A DNA stretch of 64,000 nt from Mantamonas sphyraenae STR306 (Eukaryota; Protista; CRuMs). This document shows, one piece after another, positions 1-10,800 of this stretch. The DNA lies in contig JAPMXV010000051.1 of NCBI GenBank assembly GCA_026936335.1, forward strand, positions 1-64,000. Direction: 5' to 3'. The position numbers and the translations under genes are program-made. The notes under the pieces were generated by a model. It made no database searches and was not told the DNA's origin. It saw nothing but the letters and a program-made list of their open reading frames with translations. Each line of letters begins with the position of its first letter. The first letter of the stretch is position 1.

Positions 1-130
1 CCTAACCCTAACCCTAACCCTAACCCTAACCCTAACCCTAACCCTAACCCTAACCCTAACCCTAACCCTAACCCTAACCCTAACCCTAACCCTAACCCTA
101 ACCCTAACCCTAACCCTAACCCTAACCCTA
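1..130. repeat. Telomeric repeat array (CCCTAA)n = TTAGGG type; chromosome end
   Basis: About 21 perfect CCCTAA units from base 1, degenerating at ~130 (CCCTATCCCTCTAGCCC). Confidence 0.98.
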
Positions 131-411
131 TCCCTCTAGCCCAATCTGTTGCATTAGCTCCGGTTGTGGTGAGTCCGGTCTAGGTCATGTGAGTTGTGCT
201 TGTGGATGCGGCGGGGTGGCTGAGTTGGGTGGTGACATGGGGCAGTGGGCAATGGGTGGTAGTGGAAATGTCGCCGGTGAGTGGCCGTCGTCCTGCAACG
301 CCGCGCACTCAGCACTGCCCATCCGCCTTCAACCAAAATATCACCAACACCTACAACACCGTCCACCAGGCCAACACAACCCACATACACTCCAGTACCA
401 CCGCCACCACC

Positions 412-2857
412 ATGGACAAAGACTACTCAAGCACTCCGAAACAACAACACACACCCAACACCTACCCAGCGTGCGTTCTGCCTTCCACTCCGTTTTCTGA
501 CTGCCCGCTTCTCTCGCTTCCTTGCCTCCTCAATGCCTCCGTTGCTTCCCTCCACTCCTCTCCTGCATCTCCACTTCCCCATCACCACCGTGGCTGCCTC
601 CTTCGCTCTTCTCTGATCCCCTGTCCCCTGTCACTGCCCTCACCGTTGCCAGTTTCCGGGTCTGCCAATCACCTCCGTTTCCCTCCCTGCTCGTTCCAGC
701 CTCCCTTCACCCCGCCTCTCCCCTGACGGCGTCCATTCCGCCTTCCGCTCACCTTTCCCACCCCCGCCTTTCCCCTCCCCGTCTCCCCACAGCTACGGGT
801 ACATGGTCCCTCCCATGGCTGCCCAGCCGTTTCCGAACATGCTGCCCGTCTCTGGCGTACAAAACCCGTACCAGCACCCACAACCACCCATCATCTGGGT
901 CCCTGTCAACACCCATCCCCACCAACACCACGGATACGCTCATCAGGGCCATCCATGCTACGTTTACCCTCCTCCGCCGCCTCCTCAGCCGCGACAAACC
1001 GCCCAGATGCACTTTGCTCAGACTCCGTTGCACCCTCCGTCCGCTCAACCCACCACAAACCACAACCGCGTCCCCAAACGCGTCAGCCCTGCCTTTGTCG
1101 GCATCACACGGACCACATCCACAACCACATCGTCGTCCTTGTCCCACCAGACCACACGGCAGACTGGAGACAGCGACGACGACGACGCAGACCAGGACAC
1201 ACACACACATGACACCGGCGACGTGGAGGACTTGATGGTACTGAACTTTGGCCACCGAGAGCCACGCCCAATCTCCAGCAACACGGAGTGGATGACCAAC
1301 TCATGGATGGAGGCGTACGAAGAAGACAGCGAGGCAAACGACGCAACCCAGCAGCACGTGGACGACGAGTTGGAAATTTTGGGCACATTCAGCTTTGCAG
1401 ACACTGGTGACGCCATGGATGAAGAGTACATGCCGCAAGACGATAGCGACGATGACATAGACGAGATGGAGCAGGAGCACACGGACGAATGGCAGCCGAG
1501 ACGCACAAGACGAGGCCACAGACGACGACGCAGAGGCCAAAACAGTCGTCTTACCGCTCCCCAACAGAAGAAAGGCAGCGGACAGCGCAGGCTCAGGGTC
1601 ACGGCTGGCAGTGGCACAGAGACAGGAACGTCGATCACACGGGCAAGAAGGGCCAAGAACGGAGACACCGGCGCACGGAAAAACGCAGGCGTGAGCAAGG
1701 ACTACAAGTTGCCAGGTGGTGTTGTGCGCAAAGGGTGGTCGTACAACTGCAGTGACGAGCGCACCCGCAGCAACAAGAAGGAGCACACGACACTGCTGAA
1801 CCACATGCGCACACTGGCCAACGAGCATCCTATCGACGACATCCCCGACCTGATGACCCTGCAGGCGCGTGTTGTGGTCTGCCATGGCACCCTGTTGGCG
1901 CTGGTCCGACAGGTTCAGCTCGCTCTGGGCAACATTCCCGTCTCCCAGGGCGACATGGCCTTCTGCCTCACCCTTCTCGGCCGTGAAATGGATCAACATG
2001 CGTGCATCCGTGCCATCGATAACGCTGGTCTGGCCATGGGTGTGACAAAGACTGGGTTGAAGGTGTGCTGGCTGGAGGAGCCACACGACCATGGCGACCC
2101 CAACTACGCCCTCCTCCACCTGCTCATGACAGAGATGGACCCTCTCGGCGACAGAGCCCATCCCACCACCTGGAAGGAGCACAAGCAGAACCAGCAGTGG
2201 CTGAAGGAAGCACGACGCCCTACTGACAACGACAGCGACCCACACTGGACACAATGCGACTACGACCACCACCTCACCACCACCACGGTAGACAGGTGGT
2301 ATCCTGAGTCTGTGCGCAGTGGCTGGAGCACCAACCTCTACAACGACGAGCGGAGCAGCTGCACAGCGCGGGAGTTCCAGACGCTGCTGGCACACATGAA
2401 GGCACGCGCAGCCATGCACCCTCGCCATCAGCATACACACGAGCACCATGCACTGCGTGAGCTGATCAACAACGGCAACCTGCACTCCCTGGTGCGACAC
2501 ATCATCCTGGCGCTGGGCAACGTTGGCGTGCCGCCTGTCGACCTGGCCTTCTTTGTCCGCCTCCTCAGGCCACGCCTCACCTACCAGCAGGTCTTCTCTG
2601 CAATCTGCTACACCCTCGCCCGCGGCGTCACCTCCCTCTCCCTCAAGATCACCTGGTTGGACTACCCCAAACCCAGTGACGCCACACTGCACACCCTCCT
2701 CCACACTCTCATAGACCGCATCACACCCCACATCACCACCCGCCCCACCACCGTCGCACTCGTCAACGCCTACCCCATCCCTTCCTTCACCCTGCCCAAG
2801 CGCAAAGACCCTTCCTCCTCCTCCTCCTCCTCATCCAAACGCCAACGCCTCGAATGA
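412..2857 (+). CDS. Subtelomeric hypothetical protein: Pro/His/Gln-rich N-terminus, acidic and basic stretches, two copies of an unrecognised ~140-aa domain, C-terminal NLS-like motif
   Basis: ORF 803-2857 plus predicted exon 412-470 (CCACCATGG start). Intron 471-792 (GTGCGT...CCCTGAC...CACAG) joins them in frame. Internal repeat VRKGWS..DER..LLNHM..LVRQVQLALGN..LKVCWLEEP vs VRSGWS..DER..LLAHM..LVRHIILALGN..LKITWLDYP. Confidence 0.75.
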
Positions 2858-2930
2858 ACCACCCTTTTCCCCCACTCGACCCCTATCCCTTCAAAAGAAC
2901 GTCCATTCCTCCTGCTGATCACCCCACTGT

Positions 2931-4285
2931 TTACTCCTCCTCCACACGTTGCCTCTTTTCCTCCTCCTCTTCTTCCTCCTCATCTCTTTCTCGCTTCCTC
3001 GTCTCCCCTGACCTCCCCACAGCGACCCTTGCCGGTGCAACACCCCTCCCCACCCACCCAATCACCCTCTCCATCACCTCATCCGGCAGTGTCACCCACC
3101 CTTCCCACCCTCCCGCCTCCACATACTCCTCCATCCCCCCACACGCAAACATCGCCTCCCTCTCCTCCCCGTTCATGACCAACACCACCTCCATCGCCTC
3201 GTCCACCTCCCCACCCCATCCAATCCAATGCCACGCCTTCCTCCACCCTACCTTCCTCACCATCTCCACCGTTCTCGCTCTCGGCTTCGCGCCCCACGCC
3301 CGCAACACCTCAACCACTGTTTCACCCCCCTCCCTCAACCCCCTCTCCAGCGCAGTCTCTTTCCCTCCATCCCCTGCAAACGTGTCCACAGGCACACCCC
3401 ACTCCCTCAACTCTCTCATCTTCTCCACGTCCCCACACTCCACAAACTCTACGTGACGCTTCCTGTTCCTCTCCAACAGCGACTGAAAAGCGTCATTGAG
3501 AACGCCGGCGATTTTCCAGCACGACCGATTGCCTTCCATTGCCCTTGTCAGTGATGCTGCTCCTTCTTCCCCGATGCTGTTGCTGCTGAGGTCCAGTGTC
3601 TGCAAGCTGCTATTCCCACACAGTGCCTGCGCCAATACAGATGCTCCTCCTGCTCCGATACTGTTGTAGCTGAGTTTCAGCGTCTGCAAGTTGCTGTTCC
3701 CAGTTAGTGCCTGCGCCAGTGCTGCTGCTCCTTCTGCCCCGACGCTGTTGCTGCTGAGGTCCAGTATCTGCAAACTGCTGTTCTCAGTCAATGCCTGCGC
3801 AAGTGCTGCTGCTCCTTTATCCCCGATGTTGGTGTTCCATAGGTCCAGTGCCTGCAAGCTGCTGTTCGCGCTCAAAGCCTGCGCCAGTGCTACTGCCCCC
3901 TCTGCCTCGATGCTGTTGCTACTGAGGTCCAGCATATGCAAGCTGCTGTTCTCACTCAATGCCTGTGCAAGTGCTGTCGCCCCTTCTGCCCCGAAGCTGT
4001 TGCTGCTGAGGCCCAGTGTCCGCATGCTGGGGTTCTTCCGCAGCGCCTTGGCCAGCGCTACTGCCTCATCGTCTCCGAGATCCTCGCCATTGATACACAA
4101 CCACTGTGCTCCACGTGTCAGTGCACACTCCATTGGTGCCCTCCACCCACTTCTTAGGCGCGGACCACGTCCCTCGCGTTCCAGTTCCAACTCACATCTC
4201 CTTCTGCTTCCAGTGCGCTACACACCCGTGCATGATCCCCGCTCTGCAGCAGTTCCACCCAATCATCAACCTCCAGCGAACTCAT
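2931..4285 (-). CDS. Ribonuclease-inhibitor/NLRC3-type LRR protein with ankyrin-like segment and C-terminal F-box-like motif
   Basis: 28-aa repeats LQxLDLSSNSIGAEGAAALAQALxxNSS. Exon 1 4196-4285 is joined in frame by intron 4104-4195 (GTGAGT...CTGAC...CACAG). Ankyrin-like GVPVDTFAGDGGKETALERGL; terminal WVTLPDEVMERVIGWV. Confidence 0.85.
3545..4080 (-). repeat. 84-bp tandem coding repeats (LRR units)
   Basis: Recurring GCTGTTGCTGCTGAGGTCCAG...TGCAAGCTGCTGTT at ~84-nt spacing. Confidence 0.85.
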
Positions 4286-4496
4286 TGTGTCTGCTTTCTG
4301 CCCGTTGTTGAGGTTGGGAGGATGTGAGCACGCGCGCGACCCCGCCCCCCCCCCAACTCCATCCCGCATGGTCCCCAGCCCACAACTCTACCTAAATTGA
4401 GATTCCTCTCAGAAGTGACAGGGTTGGGTTCCAAGATGCGTTGCATGCTGCTGCGCACGCCAACTCCGGCCTTTCCCTTTCCTGCGTCCGACCGCT

Positions 4497-4590
4497 TCCA
4501 AAGAACGTTCATTTCTCCTGCTACCCCCCCCCAATCTCACTCCTCCTCCACGTGTTGCCTCTTCTTCCTCCACATCGCTTCCTCGTCTCC
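4497..4590 (-). pseudogene. Degenerate duplicate of the 3' end and 3' flank of the LRR gene
   Basis: AAAGAACGTTCATTTCTCCTGCT..ACTCCTCCTCCACGTGTTGCCTCTT..TCGCTTCCTCGTCTCC matches 2892-3006 AAAGAACGTCCATTCCTCCTGCT..ACTCCTCCTCCACACGTTGCCTCTT..TCGCTTCCTCGTCTCC; encodes KRQHVEEE* vs KRQRVEEE*. Confidence 0.7.
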
Positions 4591-4807
4591 GGACGGCGCG
4601 GATCTCCACCCCCATCCCCCCTCTCCAAGACAATGAACGCCTACTCCCTCTCCAACCCCCCCCCCCCTGAATCTCTCTCCCCTCCCCACACTCCACCACC
4701 ACCACCGACATCCGATCAACGCCGCCCGCGTGATCCGCACACGACAATCTGTTCGTCTGGCCACGATCCCCCCGTCTCCCCCACCAAAAACCACACCAGC
4801 ACAACAC

Positions 4808-7800
4808 ATGCACACGGCATCGTTCACAACTCTAACGACCCTGTGTCTGCTTCTGTTGTGCTGTGCCTTCCACTCCCACGCTGAGGACCCTCTCCTGACC
4901 TCCCTCTCTCTTTCGGGCTCGGCGGAACTCTCCCCGTCGCGATGGAGCAAATCCATCAACGACGAATTCTACGGCACCTCCACATCCACAAGTGTAAGCT
5001 ACTCCCTCACAACCTACAATTCGTGGCTCGAGCTCGTGCGCACCTGGCCGTGCGCGTCCACGTCTTCGCCTCTGGTCACCGTCGCCTACACGCACACCAC
5101 ACTCGACCCTCGCAGACTGGGCAGGATATCTTCTATCGAAGTGCGCATTCAGGGCAAAGCGCTGCCGGGCTCGCTGATGACGTCGGGCATCTCCCCGATT
5201 GTCAGCAGCGTGCTGGGGGGCATCCGCCCCACGTCCGCGTCCCGGCAGTACTTTGCCGTCGCTCCGTCGTGGACCGCAGTGGGTATCACCACAAAAACTA
5301 CAGGAGCACAATCATCCTTCTACGCCAAAACAGAACAAAGGGGAAGCACTTGGCGTCAGCAGCCTCACTGGGCCGTTTGAGGTGGTGGTGGGGGTCCGCA
5401 TGACGCAAATCGGCCAACTTTCAGCGTCATCGCTGCCCGCGTTGTGCATTCAGCAGCCCGCCTTTTTCAAGAGTGTCACCTCCATGGACGTCATCTCTGC
5501 AGTGACTGTCAACGTGCGTGGAACCCCGTGTCCCTGCAACAATCACGGCACGTGTTCTCCGCCAGCCTTTTCTCTGTGTTCGGCATGCGACGCAGACTAT
5601 GACCTGGACACACAATGTGTAGAGGGTGTCCTCTCTGTCACAAAGACCTCGCTGATCGCGACCATTGTACCCCTGGACCAGGCGGTGCGCTTTTCGTTGC
5701 AGGTTCGCGATGCGTTCGGCAACCCAAAGCCCACGTTCAACACGCCGACCGCAGCCACGCTGTCCACCTCTCCGGACAATTTGTACACCTCAAAGACCGT
5801 GGTGCGCCTTCCAGGCACATCCACGCTCAACATCACCTTTTCCGTGGTCCCTTTGGGTTCGTACACCCTCACGGTGCCGTTCTCAGGGTCATCCATACCC
5901 TTCACCGCCACCGTGACTGTCGGATGCCCCTTGGGCTACCAGGAAATAGACGACTCATGTCGCATGTGTGACCCTGGCACGTACCGGTCGGCGCTCGCAC
6001 AAACCACATGCCTCCCTGCGCTGGCCAACACATACGCTGCTGGAAAGGGAGCCACGGCAACGACGAGCTGTCCGGCAAAGACGCTTGCGGCTGTGGCAGA
6101 GGGTGCTGCAACAGCACAGCAGTGCATGCCGCCCACGTTTCTTGGATTTTCGCCCTCGGGCAACGTGCTACACCTTGTGACCTCTGTTTCGACATCGGGC
6201 AATATGTTTGCCATGGGCGGCATGACAATGGGCACTGTGTTTCAACCGGCCATTGCCATGGACGGCCTGGTGGCGGTGTGGAATGCGACGTCGTCGTCAC
6301 TGCTCTTTGGCAAGCAGCTTGCCAACGAACCCAACAAGGTCGTCAACGTGACGGGCGTACGGGTGAGTGACACGGGCGACGTACTGGCCTGTGGATACAC
6401 CACCACGACGGTGTTTGGAACGGCACAAGCGCAGGCAACGGACGTGTTTTGCGCGCGATGGGCCCGCAACGGCACAGCTGTGTGGCAATGGCAGCAGTTC
6501 ATCCAAGGCGACCAAGAGCTGTGGGATATGGACGGCCTTGCAATGTCTGGTGGCACGGTCTGGCTGGTGGGATGGACGTCCAAGCCCATGAGCGGCCAAA
6601 CCATCAATGGGCCAACCGACATTCTGATTGGCCTGCTTTCATGGGACACGGGCGACGTGCAGTGGTTGACCAGGGGTGGCTCTGGCACAGACGCGGCGTA
6701 CGGTGTCACATTCGACAACGGACTGCTGTACATTGCGGCCGCGTCCGACGATCCGGCCTCGCTTGACTTTGGGACCACAGGCTCAGGCCAACAGGGGGGC
6801 ATGGAATCACTTGTGATCGCGTACAACCCGTACAGTGACGTGGTGTGGGCAGACGTGCAATCGACGCCTTTTCGTGATGCAGCCATGCGGATTGTCACCA
6901 CAGACACCCTCGTGGTCGTCGCAGGCAGGACATGGGGTGCCTTGTCGTCCAAAGTCGGCCGCAGCCAGGGTGCATCCGATGTGTTTTTCCTCATCTACGA
7001 CAAGCAAGGCAATCTGGTCGACTCGTTTCAGGTGGGAAGCACAGAGGATGACTACCTGACGGACATGACGTTGATGGCAGAGGGGTCGTCTGTGACAGCG
7101 AGCGTGTGCATGCGTGGCAGCTACCCCAATGTGCACGACCCTGCGGACAGATCGTGCACAGGCATTGTCTTCATGCTGGATCTGGTCGAGCGCATGGTGT
7201 CCACCTTGATGGTGAATCCCAGCGTGTCATACAACAGCTTTCTCTCGGTTCCCATGTTTGTGGACCAGCGCTCGTACGCAGTGATTGTCTCCGGTCAGAC
7301 TGACTCGATGGACGGGGCGATCTCTGGAGGCGGAGCAAATGTGGCGTCGTTTCGTCAGTGCCAGCCAGGCTACGAACACGTGGGCACAGGCACACAGTGC
7401 AGCGAATGCGACGCAGGCGAGTACGAGCAGGCCAGTGTGTGCTTGCCATGCCAATCAGGCACAATCAGCACTGCTGCGGGGGCTACTTCCTGTACTATGT
7501 GCCAACCGGGGTACAAAGCAGCAGCTGGCGGCCTGGCGACGTGTGTGCCGTGTGGCGCAGGCACATTCAGCCCCGGGTTGGCGTCCACAAGCTGTGCATC
7601 GTGCAACCCAGGCACATACAGCGCTGCTGGGAGTTCCACCTGCACGCCGTGTCCTGTGGGTACGTACGCAGAGCAGGGAGGTCAGTCATCATGCACACAG
7701 TGCGGAGATGGCATGTACGGCGCGACAACAGGTTTAACGATTTGCAGCAGCTGCACGGAGGGCACATACAGCCTCACTGGCGCCTCTGCTTGCACCATAT

Positions 7801-10800
7801 GCCAAGCAGGCACGTGGAACCAGGTGGAACAGGCCTCAACATGCACAGCATGCACGGCCGGGAAATACTCGCCGGGCGTTGCGACGCCGTGCGCAGAGTG
7901 TGCTGCCGGTACCTACAGCGGTTCGCAGGCGGAACGGTGCACCAATTGCGCCGCAGGGACGTTTACAGATGTGCCTGGTGCTGCTTCATGCCGGACATGC
8001 CCGAGCGGCACCGTCGCGGCAGGGGCAGGATCGACAGCGTGTGACACATGCGGGGTGGGCACATTTGCGGGAAACCCGGCCTCTGAGTGTATGACATGCT
8101 CGCCAGGCACGTACAATGACCTCACCCGCCAGAGTGCGTGCTTCCCATGCACCACAGGGATGTTTGCAGCCGGAACAGGCGCATCTGCATGCCAACCATG
8201 TGCCAAGGGCACGTACAGCGGGTCGAGTGCGAGTACGTGCACCTCATGCTTGCCTGGGTCGTTTGCGGCCACCAATGGCGCATCTGCGTGTGTCCTGTGC
8301 ACATCAGGCAAGTATGCGGCGGGTTTCAACAACACGGCGTGTTTGGATTGCAGCGCGGGCCACTACAGCAATCTGCCTGGTGCGTCCTCGTGTCCAACAT
8401 GTCCTGTAGGTACAATGACGCCCGTCGCGGGCATGCAGGCGTGCTCAGCTTGTCAGGCAGGTTCACGGGCGACGCCTGCAAACGCGGCCACCGCATGTGT
8501 GGCTTGCGAAGCCGGAAGCTACAGCGTAGCAAAGGCTACGTCGTGCCCAACGTGTGTCGCAGGCACATACAGCGCAAAGAGTGGCTCGACGCAGTGTCAG
8601 CCTTGTCCAGCAGGGGAGATCACCGGGCAAGCAGGGCAAACCGCGTGCTCGGTTTGCCCAAGTGGAACGTATGCTCCGCAACAGGGAAGCTCAACCTGTT
8701 TCGCGTGTCCGCCAGGTACCTCAAACCCATCTACGGGTGGCACTGGGTGTGATTCCTGTCAGGCAGGGCTGTTTGCACGTGGTGGCAATTCGACGTGCGG
8801 CGAATGTCCCGCAGGATCGTTCAGTGCAGGGCATGCGTCTTCGTGCACGCTGTGCCCTGTGGGTACGTACGCACTGCAAGATGCATCGCCCAAGTGCACG
8901 AATTGCAGCGCAGGGTTCGTCAGTGCAGAGATTGGCAGTTCGGCATGCCGGCCATGCCCCTGTGGACACTTCAGCGATGTGGGTGCATCCACATGCATGT
9001 CATGCCCTGCAGGTTCGTTCACATTGCAGGGTGGCAGCACACAATGCAGGCAGTGTCCTGCAGGGACGTATGCGCCGGCGGGGTCCTGTGAGTGCATCAC
9101 ATGCCCTGCAGGAGCGTACTCTCCTGCAGGTGCAGCCACATGCACACCCTGCCCAGCAGGCAAGTATGCACCCACTTCTGGCTCTGATCAATGCTTTTCG
9201 TGCCCCTCGGGCAATGTCAGCCGCGTGGTTGGCTCCGCAGCATGCGCGCCGTGTCAAGCTGGCTTTGTGGCGCCCGATCCAGGCATGTCTGCGTGCGTGG
9301 GATGTGACAAGGGCACCTATGCACCCGTGAGTGGCTTGGATGTGTGTCTGCAGTGCTCACCGGGTGCGTTTGCGCCCACGCAAAATCTGACGGCATGCCA
9401 GTTGTGCGTTCCAGGCCTGTTTACGGAGACACCGGGCGCCACGGCGTGTGTCAAGTGCCCCGCGGGTGATTTCAACCAAACTTATGGGGCGAGTACGTGT
9501 TCGTCGTGCGATCCGGGCACGTTCAACGATGGCAGCAACACAGAGGGATGCGTCGCGTGTGAGGGTGGCAAGTTTGCACGGGAATATGGCTCGACGAATT
9601 GCACAACGTGCAAAGCAGGTACGGCTGCACAGGCGCGCTCTGCACGGTGTACACCGTGCTCTCCAGGCACCTATGCTCCACAACCGGGTCAGGATATGTG
9701 CAAACTGTGTGCACCTGGCACAGCGGCGTCTAGCGCAGGTGCCATAGGATGTGACACCTGTGGAGTGGGCTTTATGAGTGTAGCGGGAGCGGCGTCATGC
9801 TCGCCGTGTCCCGCAGGGTCATTTGGCAACACAACCGGTGCGAGTGCGTGTGCCCAGTGTGCAAGTGGCACCTTTGCGGCCTCAGGCAAGTCTGTGTGCA
9901 GCGAATGTGTGGCAGGGTACTACTCACCCTACATGGGGGCATCTGCATGCATGGCATGTGCAGCAGGCTCGTATGCTGGTGCGCCGGGGTCGAGTCGTTG
10001 CACCAGCTGCGCTCCGGGGTCCTTTTCCTCACAGCAGGGCGCGTCGGTGTGTTCCCTTTGCGCTCCAGGGACATTTGCACCAACTGGTAACGCGACTGCA
10101 TGTATCCCCTGTGCAGCAGGGGCGTATTCGGCGTCTGCAGGAGCGTCGCGGTGCAGGGACTGCCTCACGGGAATGTTTTCCAACACCACAGGTGCTTCGC
10201 AGTGCCATGTGTGCGCCCTGGGCACCTTTGCGCCCTCTTCTGGCGCAACAATGTGTCAGGACTGCACAGCAGGGTCCATGGCCAACACCACAGGGTTGGC
10301 GGCTTGCGAGCCCTGCTCCCCAGGTCGGTTTGCGCCCAATGCATCTGCTTCTGCGTGTCAGCCGTGTACAGCGGGGTCGTATGTGGCGGTTTTTGGCTCA
10401 ACCGCGTGTCATGTGTGTCCAGCAGGGCTGCATGCGGTGTCTGCTGGGTCGACAACATGTGACCCGTGTCCACCCACAACATTCGCGGCACAAGCAGGTT
10501 CGAGCACGTGTACAGCGTGTTCTCCGGGGACTTGGAGCAACATATCCGCGGCCACAGGGTGCAATATGTGCGCAGCGGGCACTGCGGCGCCCGGAAGCGG
10601 AGCGAGTGTGTGTGGCGATTGTCAGGCGGGACAGTTCTCGCCAGCGGGCGCCACCGCCTGCCGCACATGCGTCACCGGTTTCTATAGCACTCATCCACGG
10701 TCATCATCCTGTCTCTCGTGTCAACCGGGCAAGTACGCCTCGTCGCCGCTGTCCACAACATGTGACTCGTGCAATCCAGGTTCCGTGGCGCCAAAAACAG

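Noticed and set aside
130-4800. Telomere-associated retrotransposon or helicase element
   Set aside because: No reverse transcriptase, endonuclease, transposase or helicase motifs, and no terminal repeats seen.
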